From: Raillietiella orientalis
Taxonomy: Eukaryota
Reading direction: 5' to 3'
NCBI GenBank assembly: GCA_036172245.1
Contig: JAYWIR010000016.1
Location: 3,844,001-3,908,000 of the forward strand
Length of the DNA: 64,000 bases
Shown here one piece after another: positions 1 to 12,599 of the stretch (within the stretch, counting starts at the first letter, position 1; every line of letters begins with the position of its first letter). A program made the translations under genes and the position numbers. A model generated the notes under the pieces. That model worked only from the letters and a program-made list of their open reading frames with translations. It made no database searches and was not told the DNA's origin.

Positions 1-149
1 CCGGGAACAGGGAGGTGATGAGGCTTTTCAATTGCTAGATGGAGCATTCAGTCGAAGCTTCCCCATCCAGAAGGCAATGTAGAGGTAAGTTCTGACGTTT
101 ACAAAATCAAAGGTCAGCGGTCCCGAAAATTCCAAGTGTCTGGCCAACA

Positions 150-720
150 CGTTGCGATGCGACCACGTGGTCTCGATTCCCCATGGCAGCTCCAAAGAAG
201 CAGCAGTGTTTCTGGATGAGACACATGCTGTGTCCACAGACGAATCTTTAGAGAACTCGCGAAGTTGACGCCGCGGGAGTGCCAGGCGGCAAGTGGTATC
301 TTTCAACCAAGCCCGAACCAGAAGAACTAATAATAATTATCACCCGGTTATGCCGGGGTAAGCCCAAAAGGATTTTGGAATACCTTTGGAGCGCTTCCGT
401 TTTTGCTGCTTTGCTTCCAGCCTCTTTCCTTTAGGGTTTCCTTTCTTTTGGTTCTGAGGGAGTGCTGAAAAACCGTTCGCTTCCTTAGGGGAGCTGACAA
501 AGCTCTTCTTTAACACTGCCCACGCCACCAGAGGGTGCACGTGTAACTCTTCCAGCTAGGGAAAACTTCGGAGCGATTGCCTTATGAATCCAGGAAGGCA
601 CCGGAGGAAGGGGTCCGTTCCTCTCTGACTGGAAGGAAGGAACCCTGATCGCTCCTCATTTCTTCGGAAGGGACCCAGAAGGGACCCGCTTCTGACTTCC
701 TTCCTTCTCCGGAAGAAATT
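150..720 (-). mobile_element. LINE family A fragment (ORF1 C-terminal part followed by start of APE endonuclease)
   Basis: Nucleotide similarity to 24280-24420 (inverted), 45270-45470 and 61020-61230; followed on the same strand by APE-like LALPRRQLREF..VDTAC. Confidence 0.55.
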
Positions 721-2199
721 CTGCATCATCTTTCGTACACTGAAACCATGGTAAGCATTCCTTCTTGCCTGCATGCCGTATCAACGCTATCTGTCGACAG
801 AATCGTCGGTAGATATGTCACTCTTTGCGCACGGCTCTTGCAAGATAATAACAGAAACCTTGCTGAGATTAGTCCACCGCTAATGGAGGTTGTTGGAGGA
901 TGGAGACGAAGGAGAGAGGAAAGGAGGAGGATGAAGAGAGAGAGGAAGGGGGGAGGAGGGAAAAAGGGATGAGGATGAAGAGGAAGCGAGGAGAAGCACA
1001 GGAGAAATCCCGAAGACGTCTGTCGCGGGCCGCGGGAGATAGCCAACCCCCATTTAGGAATTGGCTGGTTTCGAGGGATGCCGTGAGGGCTCTGCTTTTG
1101 TTTGGACGGGGGGAAGGGAAGGTCGCCCTCTCCCTCTCGAGGATTTCGCCGCGTAGCAGCTCCGCGCGCAGCTTCCCGCTCGGGGGTGATTGCGGGCCGA
1201 CGAAGACGCTCTGAGGCTCTCGCTGACAACCCATCAATTTTCGTGGGGCGCGCGGTCCCTCGCGGGGCGAGGCAGAGATGGTGAGCGGATTCTCTACGGC
1301 GGCGGCTCGGGGCTTCCGCGCGGGGTTCCCCGCCGTCGGGGAGAGAGAAGAAGAGGAAGAAAAAACCGCCCCCACTGCCGACCTCGCTGTAAACACACGC
1401 AGCCAGCCCCGAAACGGTCCAGCGAGCCCTCCGGCGGCGTCAGTGGACGGCTACTCCGTTCCCCTCCTCCCCCCTCGCTCCGGACCCCGAAGGTTGACGA
1501 GGTGCCCACGGACACGCGGCGGCGGCTGTGCGTCCGCCGCCGGGGTTGGGAAAACATGCGGTGAGGCGAATACGCAGGAGAGGAAGGGTGAGGAGCAGAG
1601 ATGCACTCGTGCTGCCCACTGGAAGAAAGGGACTACGGGGGGCAGCAGGTCGTGAAGGAGCGACGGTGAGGGCGCACCGGTATGCAGGGCTGCTAGCCGA
1701 GTTCTCTGGTGCCGTTCTCTGGTTCTCTGTGCTCGCGCCAGGGCGACGCCCGGGGAAGGGAGGAGGAATCTTTACGACGCGATGGCGCGCGAGCACAATA
1801 AAGAGCAATAAAAGGGGGGGGGGGAAATGGTAAGAAATCCTCCGGATTAAGTTGTTTATGCGGGAGGCAGGAAGGTGAAAAGGGGAGAAGGTGGGCGAGG
1901 TGACCGCCTGAGGTTTGTTGTCTTTCCCGGGCGCGGATCGGCAGACTCCAGAGATGAATCGGTCTCGATGAAACTTTCCACTGCGGCGCCCGTCCTCCAG
2001 GCTGCCTCCCTCTTGCAAGGACAGAGGGGAAGGAAGGGCTTTTCCTCACCTCCTAGGGATCTTTAAAGGCGCCTCCTCTTTCGAGGTGAATTCCTCCTGT
2101 CAGCGGAACTCCATGAGCGGTATCCGCCTCCGGGGGCAGTCCACGAGGGCAGCACTGGTGGGAAATCTCCCCCCGGGACTCTTTGCTGACGCTGCTACG

Positions 2200-2720
2200 T
2201 TCCCCAGATGTGCGGCGTTCACGGGCTGGGGGTTCCGGCGTTCTGGGACTGCGCCCCTCCGGGTCGGTCCGACGGCCCTCGAGCACCGAGCTCTTCCGAG
2301 TGCTGTGCGCCAGCTTCCAGCTTCCAATCTGGAGGAAGCGCCCCATTTGGAGAGCGCCAAGCTGGCCGAAGGACTCTTTCCTCCAGGACAACGTCCCGAC
2401 GCGAGTAGGGCTCCCTGGATCCCCGTAGGGGAGGAGGAAGGAGAAACCACATCTCTTCGACGAAGGCTTCCCGGAGGGGTGTCCCGCCTCCGGCTGCTCC
2501 CCTTTCCCGGCTTGACGTCGGAAGGGCGGAAGAAGCATAGCGCCAGGACGACGAGTCTGACCCTCCTTGCCGCATGCGGAGGGCTGGCAAGGGGGAGCCC
2601 GCGAGGCAGCGAAAGGCTCACGAACGGGCACCCTTTGTCTTGTGCCACCGGACGATCGTTTCCTAGCGACGGCATCACGGATAAGGGGGAAGCGCACCTG
2701 TCTTTCCTGGCCTTCACTGC
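2200..2720 (+). mobile_element. Highly decayed APE-LINE RT N-terminal fragment
   Basis: Frameshifted PG.DG, ELF, FLQDNVP and CATGRS motifs in RT domain order; resembles 60030-60350. Confidence 0.35.
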
Positions 2721-3859
2721 GAAGCACGCAAGTGGAGTCGCCTCCTCCCATCGCTCATTTCATTCGCACGCGGAGATTACAATCCCTGGGAGATTATAAG
2801 TTGAAAGGAAAAGATTCATAAAACGCAGCTTCCCGGTGCACCTGGTCATCCCCGTGAGATGCCGCCCGTGGGGCGCGGGTGACCTTCCGACCCGGCACTA
2901 TTCAGCGTGCGCCGGAGCCTCGGCCCATTTTCCGTGTTCCCGCAGTACTGCCCGTCTCCCACCTGAGCGTTCGCTCGCCCGCGCGGCCGCATTGGCAGAT
3001 GGTCCGCTAGCACCGCTTCCTCAGGTACCCTGAGCTCGGCCAGATTCCACTGCGTCGTGCAGAGGTCACGAAGAGGTCGTTCCAACAGCGTAGGCTGACG
3101 CTCCAACCGGAAATTTGAGGTCAAGTACATTGCCCGCGATGGACCGTTTTGACAAAAAGATTGGATTCGTTGATGATGCTGACTTCGCCGTCATCCGTTA
3201 CCAAAGACGAGCTGCCTGAATTTGGGTAGTGAGCGATCTCCTGGAGCGGACTTTTACTGGAGACTCTCGCGATCCTGGAGTTTCGAGCCAGCTAGCGGGA
3301 AAAATTCCTACCCAGTCTGACCGGACAGGAGAAGCAGGGGATTTTATCTTTCGGTCAAGCGCAGAACCGCCCAAGGTCCTCTTTCCTCCTGCATCGTCCG
3401 CGGCAGGTTACCCCGACCCGGACTCTGCACGCAGTGTGGCCCTGCGGTAGGCAATGGATTGTCAGGCGGTGGCGCTACAAAAAGAAGAGAGCGCCGTCCA
3501 CCATGCGATCCATCTCGTCGGAACGTCCTCCCGCCAAAGGAAACCTCGCAAGACATCTCTGGCGCTTCCGAATTCGCGACGGAGGAGGGAAGTTTCAATC
3601 GAGCGCGCCCATCCTCCAAGCGATCTCGCGCAATTAACAGAGGAGGCTCTATGAGAAAGAAGATGCTGGATGACTCGAGGCTTCAGTGCAGCCTTTTGAT
3701 GGGATGGACGGCTATCGCCCGGTCACGCAGGGGCGTTGATTACGTAGAGTAATAAAAGTACATAGGTGTGGTGAGACCCTGGGTCCCACCACGAGCAAGG
3801 AACCTGCCGAAGAGCAGTTAGCAGCAGGCCGCCGTGACCCCGCGAGGATGGGGCCTCCC

Positions 3860-4790
3860 GACGGGATTCCTAGGATCGTCGCGGGGCGATCCCAAAGGGG
3901 TCGGAGGGCAGCTCAGTCAAGCACTCCATCCTCATGAGGGGGGTCCAGATCAGGTCACTTCTGCTGCGGAGCAGTTTGCAATGTCTCAAGATGATACACC
4001 AGGAACAAACGAAAAGTTAAAAAGCATACATGGCATCCAGGATGTAAATTTCACGAATATGATTTTTGTTTTTGATGCAAAGTGTTCTGAGATCATGAGA
4101 ATCCAACATCCAACGTTTGAGTTTTTACAAAAGCTGTTACTTGTATAAAAGCAAGCTAATAAAGAAGCTGTAAAAGAGCGCTTCAGTACCAATTTCAAAT
4201 ATTGAACGGAAAGCACGTGAGGAACTGTCTGCATGCTTACTAACTGCATCGAGTCCTGCAAAGAAGTCGGCTGCAACGTCAAAGAAGATCGGACAACATG
4301 GACGTCGGAAATCTGTACCTTCTATGAGAGAATGACTCACAATCCCTACGCCAAAATCATTGCCACCTTACGTATAACGTTCACTGATATTTTTCTCCTG
4401 CCAGCAACAAAGTCTCCCGAAGCTACAGGGCCTCCTTCCCGCACCCACCCTCCCCCCGTGTCCAGTGGTGAAGCAGCGCTTTGCACGGGATTCCTCCATG
4501 CAACACGAGCAACACTGTGTAGCCCTCCGGCCCCTGTGGTTACGTTTCGCAACGGCCCTCGCAGCATCCACGAAGAACCCCAGAGACGTATTGAAGCGCC
4601 TCTTTGTGCGCGACGCCCTTTCGCCTGCCGCAGCCCTTTGCTGCCTGCGAGGGACCGTGACCGCCACTGGTGGACTGCACGATAGGGACGCCACCTGCTC
4701 CGCCCTACTCTTCCTGAGGAGGGCAGCCGGATGGTCCCATCTGGGACGTATGCGGACTGAACTTGCCGGCATCCTGGAAAGGATGTAGAG
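3860..4790 (+). mobile_element. LINE family B fragment (APE-like region), interrupted by an AT-rich insert of about 450 bp
   Basis: 3860-3910 and 4440-4510 match 60715-60760 and 60818-60890; 4600-4790 matches 60480-60690, 62140-62340 and 62660-62720 inverted (shared W.HL...ELAGIL.RM). Confidence 0.55.
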
Positions 4791-4999
4791 GACGACCCCA
4801 GCGGAACGTGATCCCTTCCCCGACCCCTGCCTGCTTTTGTAAATAGTGTTTTTTGTTTTTTTTTTTATTGGTCCGTTCCCCCTCCGCTGCCGAGTCGAAC
4901 TCGCCGGCCTGCGCGCTGGCTACTCGGCAAGTTCAGAGTATTTTTTATCGAACGCTGTAGGGGCGACGGCCCTACAGGGGATAACCTTCTGATATTTTA

Positions 5000-5390
5000 C
5001 CACGGAGCAATTCTGAGTGTGCTTCATCCCGGGATGAAGCACACTTCACGGGAAGACGTGATGACGAGGACTGCAAGGCATGTGGAGGCACCGACACGAG
5101 ACTTCGTGTCTTGACGTGTCCAACACTGCTCCGCGACTGGCTAGCCCTGAAAAGGGTCATAGGGATGACCACCACTTTACAGTCATAGGAATATTCTAGC
5201 AGGGATGTTCCAAGGAAATGGAAACGTTCCCTGTTACAATCCCATGGGGAGGACGACCATCGCCCTCTTCATCACCGCCATCCTTGTGCGATGGTGGATG
5301 ATGAAGACCTCCAGGACGGCCGCATCTCCGATGGAAATCCTGAAAGGGCTTATCCAGAAGGAGATCGGTATTAGAAACTGAGAGTACCGG
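5000..5390 (+). mobile_element. Decayed LINE ORF2 C-terminus (zinc-knuckle region)
   Basis: DCKACGGTDTRLRVLTCP..W resembles the CxxC..ET.H...C motif of LINE ORF2. Confidence 0.35.
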
Positions 5391-6118
5391 CCTGGACGTA
5401 CCGATACATCCGATTGGGGACGACGCCCGGGAGAAAACAACGACCTAACTCCCCCCTACGTGCAGAACCTCAGTGTTACCCGAAGAGGCCGACTTCCCGT
5501 GACTTCTGCGACTTGTGTGCTAGAGTGGTGTGAATGGAAACGTATGCTAAGAAAAACAAATTTAGCTCACCCCTTGTGGGATTGGGGAAAATAGAAGCAA
5601 AGGGTGCACCCTTTCGTTCTCACAAATCTTGAAGGGGTTAAAGGTCGTTTCGTGACGGAAGAGCATCGACGAAGACCAACCCAACCCAAAGAATGCCACG
5701 CCACTCTGCAAGTCCTGCAGATGTGTGGGTTTGCTGGTCACGAGGCTCGTAAGGATGGCTTCTTCGAGCGATTCCCGCCAGGGTTTCATCTTTGGCCGGA
5801 ACTTCTTATGCAGTCGGTGTTGAGGACCTTCAAACGCCTCCCACGGCTGCACGAGCCAAACGTTTCTTTTCCCATTTGAGAGGCTCGCCACGTCTCGTGG
5901 GCCGCCGGGCTGCAAGAGCAGGCTGCTCCGAGTCTGAATCCAAACATCTCCCAGCATTACGAACGTGCAACCCTTCCCTGCCCGCGAACTCTCAGAGATC
6001 GCGGCGGCGTGCGTACGCCGTGCGCATGCGTTCGCGGCGGAGAACCACGGAAAAGGGCGTATGGAACGGGGAAAATTGGCGCAGTGGGAGGAAAATCTCG
6101 AATCCTGAAAACGGAAGG

Positions 6119-6179
6119 TGTGTGTGTGTGGGGAGAGAGAGAGAGAGAGAGAGAGAGATAGAAAAAAAAAAAAAAAAAA
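6119..6179. repeat. Compound microsatellite (TG)n(GA)n followed by poly-A
   Basis: Seen directly; similar (CT)n tracts at 36147-36170 and 59510-59534. Confidence 0.9.
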
Positions 6180-9099
6180 CTCCGCCATGTTCCGAAAAGT
6201 CACGAAAAATGAAAAATGAAATTTTCGTGGGAGAGCACGTGGATTATCGGGTTCCCATTTTCGAAATTCGTTGCTCCCATGCTCTCAATCAGTTTTCCGT
6301 CACGTTTCCAAGGCTGAAAGAATGCGACCAGCGGAATGGCTCTGGTGGTGCCTTTCCCAGCTGGCCAGCAGCCTTCTGCAGAGCTTGTCAGCAACTCGCA
6401 GCGTCGGAAGCAGGAAGTGCAACCGAATCCGGACGATTTCTCTGTATCCAACGACAGCAGGTGCAATGATGCTCGAGGCTTCCGTGTTCTTCGGCTGATG
6501 ATGACGCGGAGGCAGCGCAGGTTTCGGGCATCATCCCGAATGCTGCTGTGACATCGGGAAAGGGAGCAAACGTCCGGTTCCCAGGCACCACGTGGTCCCT
6601 TCCCGAAGATACCAGCGGACGCGTCGCCGTCTCCTCCGACCTGCATCTCGGGCAGGCTGCTCGTTCGATGTGGGCGCGGGATGAGCGTTCGGATAAAAAG
6701 GGGAAGTCCACCGAGGCTTTTCCGTGTGGAATTTTCGCAGAGAGCGTCAGCAGCTTTGCTGCTGCTGCTTCTCCATTCTTCTTCAGCCATCCCCTCCGTA
6801 ACACACCATCCATCATTTATCTGAGGCCTCTTACCCCTTGTCTCTCCTTAGGATGTCATTCTGAGATGATAACGAAACAGTCCCCGTATGTGGCTGCTGC
6901 ATTCCTCTGGATGTAATCCAGCTCCGTAATCATGCTTGGAAACGCCTCTGCTGCAAGGACGAGTGGTCCTCTGGCTCCTGAGATAACACATGATCTTTGT
7001 GAATTCCCCGACTGGCGTCAAGGTACGTCTCGATGCGCCGGAGAAAGCGATGGCCGGATCCAAGACGAGATAAGAGAGATCGATTCTGATTCATGATCCT
7101 GGCAAAAAGAGTGGACCTCAATTCGGGTCTGCGATGCTCGCTGTTAAAAACTCTTCCTATTTGGAAGAGATTCAGCAGGCACCCTCCCTGCTTTAGAGCC
7201 TCCGGAAAGAGATCCGAACACGGTTTGACGGCTTCTAAGAGGGTGCGTCTTCCGCCGTGTGCGAAACTCCAATCTGCCGCCGTCCACATTAGACGGGGTT
7301 ACCCTCTAACGTGAAGAGTTCGCACGCACCCCCGGGTAGCGTGGGACAGTGTGAAGAGCTCCGTGGGCAGCCGGGCGAACGGTTCTTCACATCACTAGCG
7401 GACCCAAAAAAGAACAAAACCGAAAGCAAAAAAAAATCAGGAAGGAAAACAGCGAGAAGAGCCCAAAGGGTTTTCCCTCATCCATTCCATCAAAGGGACA
7501 GCGTAATTCCGATCTGCTCGATATCCATCCGGGGATGGTGGAGTGGACCCCAGCCTGATGGTAGAGCAGTGGCGCCATCCCCCTCAAGTGGCAAGAGTCA
7601 GCCCGGGTGCGCCGGGGCGTTTATTTTCATAACGATAAAAAAACACAAACAAGCATGAGTAGGGCCATTGCCCCTACAGCCACAATCCCTCGTAGGCAGC
7701 AAAGGGCTGCAAGCGCTGCGGCAGGCGAAATGTGCTGGCGACTTCATCCGGAACCACCCTCTTCCTTTGGACGTCACAAGGGTTTGAGTCTGACCCTCGG
7801 GTGCATTGTATCGATAGGGTTAAGGTAGGGATACCCTCCACTTCCTTGCTGTCGTGGAATCCCTTTGGTCAGCGCACAGAACCTTCGAAACATGCATGGG
7901 AAGTACGGGAACCCCTGACATACCATGTCAGCGGTTCCTGTGCTTCCCACGTTTCGTGCGGAAAGTGCATTCTCTTGGCTTTGGTAAGAGGAATCGCTCG
8001 CAAATTCTTTCCACCCATTTCGAAGTGAATACTCGCTATGGCGCTCCAGGTGCTCTCTAGCGACGAGTGTGGTAATGAATACGCACTGTGGTTGCAACGG
8101 ATTTCTGAACCGGTCTTCCGCGCCATTTTCTGAACCAATCCCGTGTTTTTTTTTTTAAAGTATCGATATTCCTGTTGATGTTCAACAAATGCGGCCGCTG
8201 GAATGGAAGATGGAGAAATTCTTTCGAAGCATCTCCGAGACCTACGAATACCTCGGATAGACCCGCTCCGACGAAAATTCCCGCCAGAGGGCACTCCCAT
8301 CATAGACAGCACTCCATTACAGACTCCCTCCCGGAAGAAGCTAGGTGGGGCGGGAGGGCATCCAACTATCGATCAGCAGTTGCGTTGGGTGATGGAAGAT
8401 ACATCCATCGTGTATCGCAGCTTCAAGCTGTTGACATTCACCCAAAGACTCACCAAGTGGCGACTTCAGCATTAAAATTTCCCATGAGAGGATAGAAGCA
8501 GTGAAAGGGTTTCAAGCAGTGTTCTTACCGAAAGACCTATCGACCTATCGTGAGATTTGCAGTCGTATTTTGACCAATTTATCTTCCGTAAGGATTATTA
8601 TACATTGTCATCGGAAATCATTACCAATGAATATTTTGTCAGTAGCTCGCGTTGCCGGGTCAGTATCGCTAAGTTGCGAACCTCATTCAGCATCTGATGG
8701 AACTATCTTGGTTGCTCATGCGGCAATGTTGAATTCTCGAGGCCATCAGGCGGAAGTCGCTCGGTTATCGTAGGTACACCCATTTGTTCAGAGGGGCCGT
8801 TTTTTTTAAGAAGGCTTCGATAGGCGTCCCGCAAGAGGGATCGCTGGTCACCCTGGTCGCCCAGACCAGAGGCTGGCTGACTTCCTCAGTTGTCAGGAGG
8901 ATCGGGTCATTCTGTCGGAAGGAGCGTGGGCACAGGACCAGGAGGCTGTGAGAATCGCACGTGCTCTGACCAGCGGCAGCGTTGTTTCTGAAGGAACCCT
9001 CAAGCTGTGGCATGCGGATCGCTGATGCTGGCGCGTTCTTCCATTGGCGAGAAGTCCATCGGTGCCCCAGGGAGAAAAAGAAAAGAGGCTCTGTAGATG

Positions 9100-9330
9100 T
9101 CACCTGGGCGTATTCGCAGCGAGTTCTATGGCCCGCCGGATGCACTGCGTGAAGATCCGGTTTCCTTGCATAGTGTCCCGCCATATCTGTGGCAGTACTG
9201 GCAGTACGGATCGATCGTCGTTGAAGGGAGGATTGGAGGTCAGTTACATTCGTGCATCTCTGATGCATCCGTAGTTCTAGTTTATAACCAGTGCATCGTT
9301 AAAGATCAATCCGTCAGTGTTTCCCCCAAG
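9100..9330 (-). mobile_element. Decayed non-LTR ORF1 (gag-like CCHC knuckles)
   Basis: GYKLELR...YCQYCHRYG/HYARK...GHRTRC across frameshifts. Confidence 0.4.
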
Positions 9331-12300
9331 AAAATACGCAATGTTCATATCATAAGTGGTTTACAGCTGCACGAGACCACAAATCTGCTGCCGACGGTCA
9401 AGAGGAAACCTCAGGGACGAAATTCCAAGAGGCAACTGTGGACTGAACCGTCTCGTGATGCCATGCCCGTAGCGTCGCCGGCGCGAAGACCGTATGGTCA
9501 ACTGCTCAAACTCATAGCGACTCGATCCAATGTAGGTCCAGCAGGCAGTCAGAGGGAATGCCTACTCATTGAGAGGACATGGCGTGGCGGTCGAGCTTGC
9601 TGTGGCTTCGCTCCTTCCTTGTTCACTTCGTGGAATGACACCACATGTACGTGCGTACGCACCTCGGACCATATCCGGAAATGCGTACATACCTGCTGGG
9701 ACTGTAGGGGCTGGAGAAATGGAGAGAGCGAGAGCTATGCCACTGAAGTGCAGAGCTGGAATGGATTAAGGAATTCGGCAAGGCGTTCTTCTGATGTCCA
9801 CCACGGCCACATTCTGGAATCACGCGGTTATGCCGGTGAAAAGAGAAGCGATGTGCTGGATACGTGGGGGAACATGCATTTCCGAAGACAGACCAACCAC
9901 AGTGGCTCGCCAGTGCAACAGATTGGTGAAGGAAACACCAGTGTTGTTTACATAGACAAAAAAAAAAAAAAAAGGGTAGAATTTCCGCCAGGTGGATTAG
10001 GCTCATGCAGACGTTTTTTCGTTGATGGTTGCTTTTACACCATCTTGGCTTGAAAGGAAGACCACACGTCAAGTTTCAGGTGGGTGCAGATAATCCGAAG
10101 ATGTTAGTCGGCAGTCACCATGTTATGATGATGGAAATCCTTTCGGGTTCTTTCTTTTTTTTGATACCATCAGAATCACAGGCTTCAGAGAGTAAGATTC
10201 TCAAGGTCGGAAGGAATGGAAGGTTCCGAATTGAGGAACTGAAGGCTGTAACGAAAGTTCCTTGGCTGAATTCTGTGGCCGAAGACATTGGCGGCTGGAA
10301 GTTGCCAGCAAACCAGGTCATCTCCGGAATGGACTGCACCTTGAGATCCGACCTCGTGGTGCGGAAGGAAGAAGCTTTCAGTACTGCGAGGTCTGATGAA
10401 GGCGGTGGGACTGTTCGCGCTTCGATGTCTGCTGAAGGACAGCGCGTGGCTTACAGGGCAATGCAGAGAGTGGAGAGGGTAGAATGGGACCCGCAGCGTT
10501 GAGTGGTCACTATTCTTTTCCCATTAGCCAGACCGGTTTCCTGTGGTGTGGATAATTGCCCGTTTGTAACAAGCCAGGTGCATCATCAAGTGCACTGACA
10601 CACCGACAATTGACAAGTTATATCAATTTGCTGTACACAAAGGTCCTTTTCATGCATGTGTAGCCTCCCGAAAGACATAACAAGCATTTCCCATAGCATC
10701 TAGACCAATGAAGAGTGCTGAAAGGTGTAGGCATCGCAACCCACGTTGTAACCACGTGGGGTAAGACCTCCTCATTCGAAGGCCGAGCTGAGCCCATTTT
10801 GGGCCAGCAAGCTCTCGGGGATCAGCGCCCCGTGACAGGCGAAATTGCTGGGCAGTGCTGTACGATCTAAGCACTACACGCAACCTCACGCAGTTCGATA
10901 TAGCCTCCCGAGAATTACGTAGAGTGGTTTTAGAGAAGGGAGGTGGGTAACTCCGCTGCTCCCGGGTCTTGAGCGCTCTGCTCTCGGTGCTGAATCGCTT
11001 CAGGCTTGAGGTGGGAGCAGAATCGACTGCCCCTGGTTGCAGTGGAGTCTCAGAAGAGCCGGGTTGGGGTCGGTAGTTCCCACTGAGGTTCCCGAACCAG
11101 CTGCGGGGTGCGCCAACGTGAGCGTTGACTTGGATGGGGTTGGGGTACCCCCTCGAAAGACCCCAGAGTAAGAAGGTCAGGTTTATCCTTCCTGAAAAAA
11201 AGCGGTATACGAGGGACGTGGAGAAGGCCGAGAGGGCCTTGTTAAGATCAGTTATTAGCCCTGTGGGTGGTGAGGTAAGCACCACCTCTAACTTGGCTTC
11301 GTCCTTGCAAGACACACCCCATTTCGAGGTCCTCAATCCTCAGTTTGGATAGGTGAGTACGTCGGAGCACCTAACGGGTGGGGTACCCGACTCTCTTGTC
11401 CAACAAGTGAATGATCGGTCCCGGGGTCCGGCGGAGAGGTATTTCCGTGAGGTTACGATCTTGCCCACGAGGAAGAAGAGTGAGCCTTGAGGTCTGCACA
11501 CTCAGCAGTGGTGAAGAGACGACGCCGGGGGGAAGCGAATCCTTGCCCGTGGCTCTTCCTGAGAGCTCGAAGATCAAGACTTCATCATGGCAGCAGGCCG
11601 TCCAAGTCCGCCACTCAGATCAGTGGTGAGCAGAAGCGGGTATTCCGCTTTGTTCCGGCTTTCAGAGGGACTCTTTGAAAGCCGCTTTGTCATCACGGTC
11701 TGCCGGGCCATCTTGGCGCAGAGGGACAAGGATTTCGTGGCTATTTGGGGGGAGCAAATAGCCGTGCGACACGAGGGACTCCCCACTGGCGGCACCGGGC
11801 GCGTCATCAAGTGGGGGGGAATCCGGCGAGGAGAGGTTGGGTCCTACGCCGCTGCACATTCCGGGAGACTGGTTAACGCACTTTGGGAGAGTACTCTCCT
11901 CGCCCTTGTGGAGTCCTTCTTGTGAGCTTAACCGCGTCTGCCATTGATGTGATGCCAGCGGTTATTGGGTTGTACCACTCCCGCGGGGTTGGACCTCCCT
12001 TTAGTTGGGATCCCTAGCCCTGTTAATTACTCTGGAAGTTAATTACTCGAACATCAGACGTCCTCTGAAATTCTTCGTTGGTCAGTAGAGAAAGGAGACC
12101 GTTACCTCCCATGCAGTTGCAGAGGCCCATAACAGGGATATGCACTCTGGGCACGGTAACAGTCTTTAAGACCGAGGAGAACTGGTCAAGGTTTGAGCAT
12201 CTACATCACTACGCGTGGGATGGGGATCAAGTGTCTCCGTAGCCAACCCGCAGATTTCATGCTCCATAGTGAGGAGCAGTCCCATAGTCCCATAGCATGA

Positions 12301-12599
12301 AGTGCAGTAGTGGTTGCAGACCCTCGTAACCCGCGGCAGCAGTACCTCCGTAGCTGTACTCACGAACGACGTGTTATTGAAGATCCCCACCGCCTTAAGA
12401 AATTATTTTGAACCTGATTTAACATCTAGGCAGATACGGCTATTGGCCAGACGAGGGACAGAGACCCTTTGGGTGGGTATTGGGTACGACCAACGGCACC
12501 GGCACGGTAGGGTTACTCCCTCCCCCGAGAATAAAAAATCATAGCTGAATTGGAGAACCGTGAGCGCGTACCAATATCCTCAACCCTCGTCTGGTCAAT

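Noticed and set aside
726..2800. Many overlapping 100-240 aa Arg/Pro/Gly-rich ORFs here and throughout the GC-rich parts
   Set aside because: By-product of high GC and low stop-codon frequency; no domains, and they overlap in several frames
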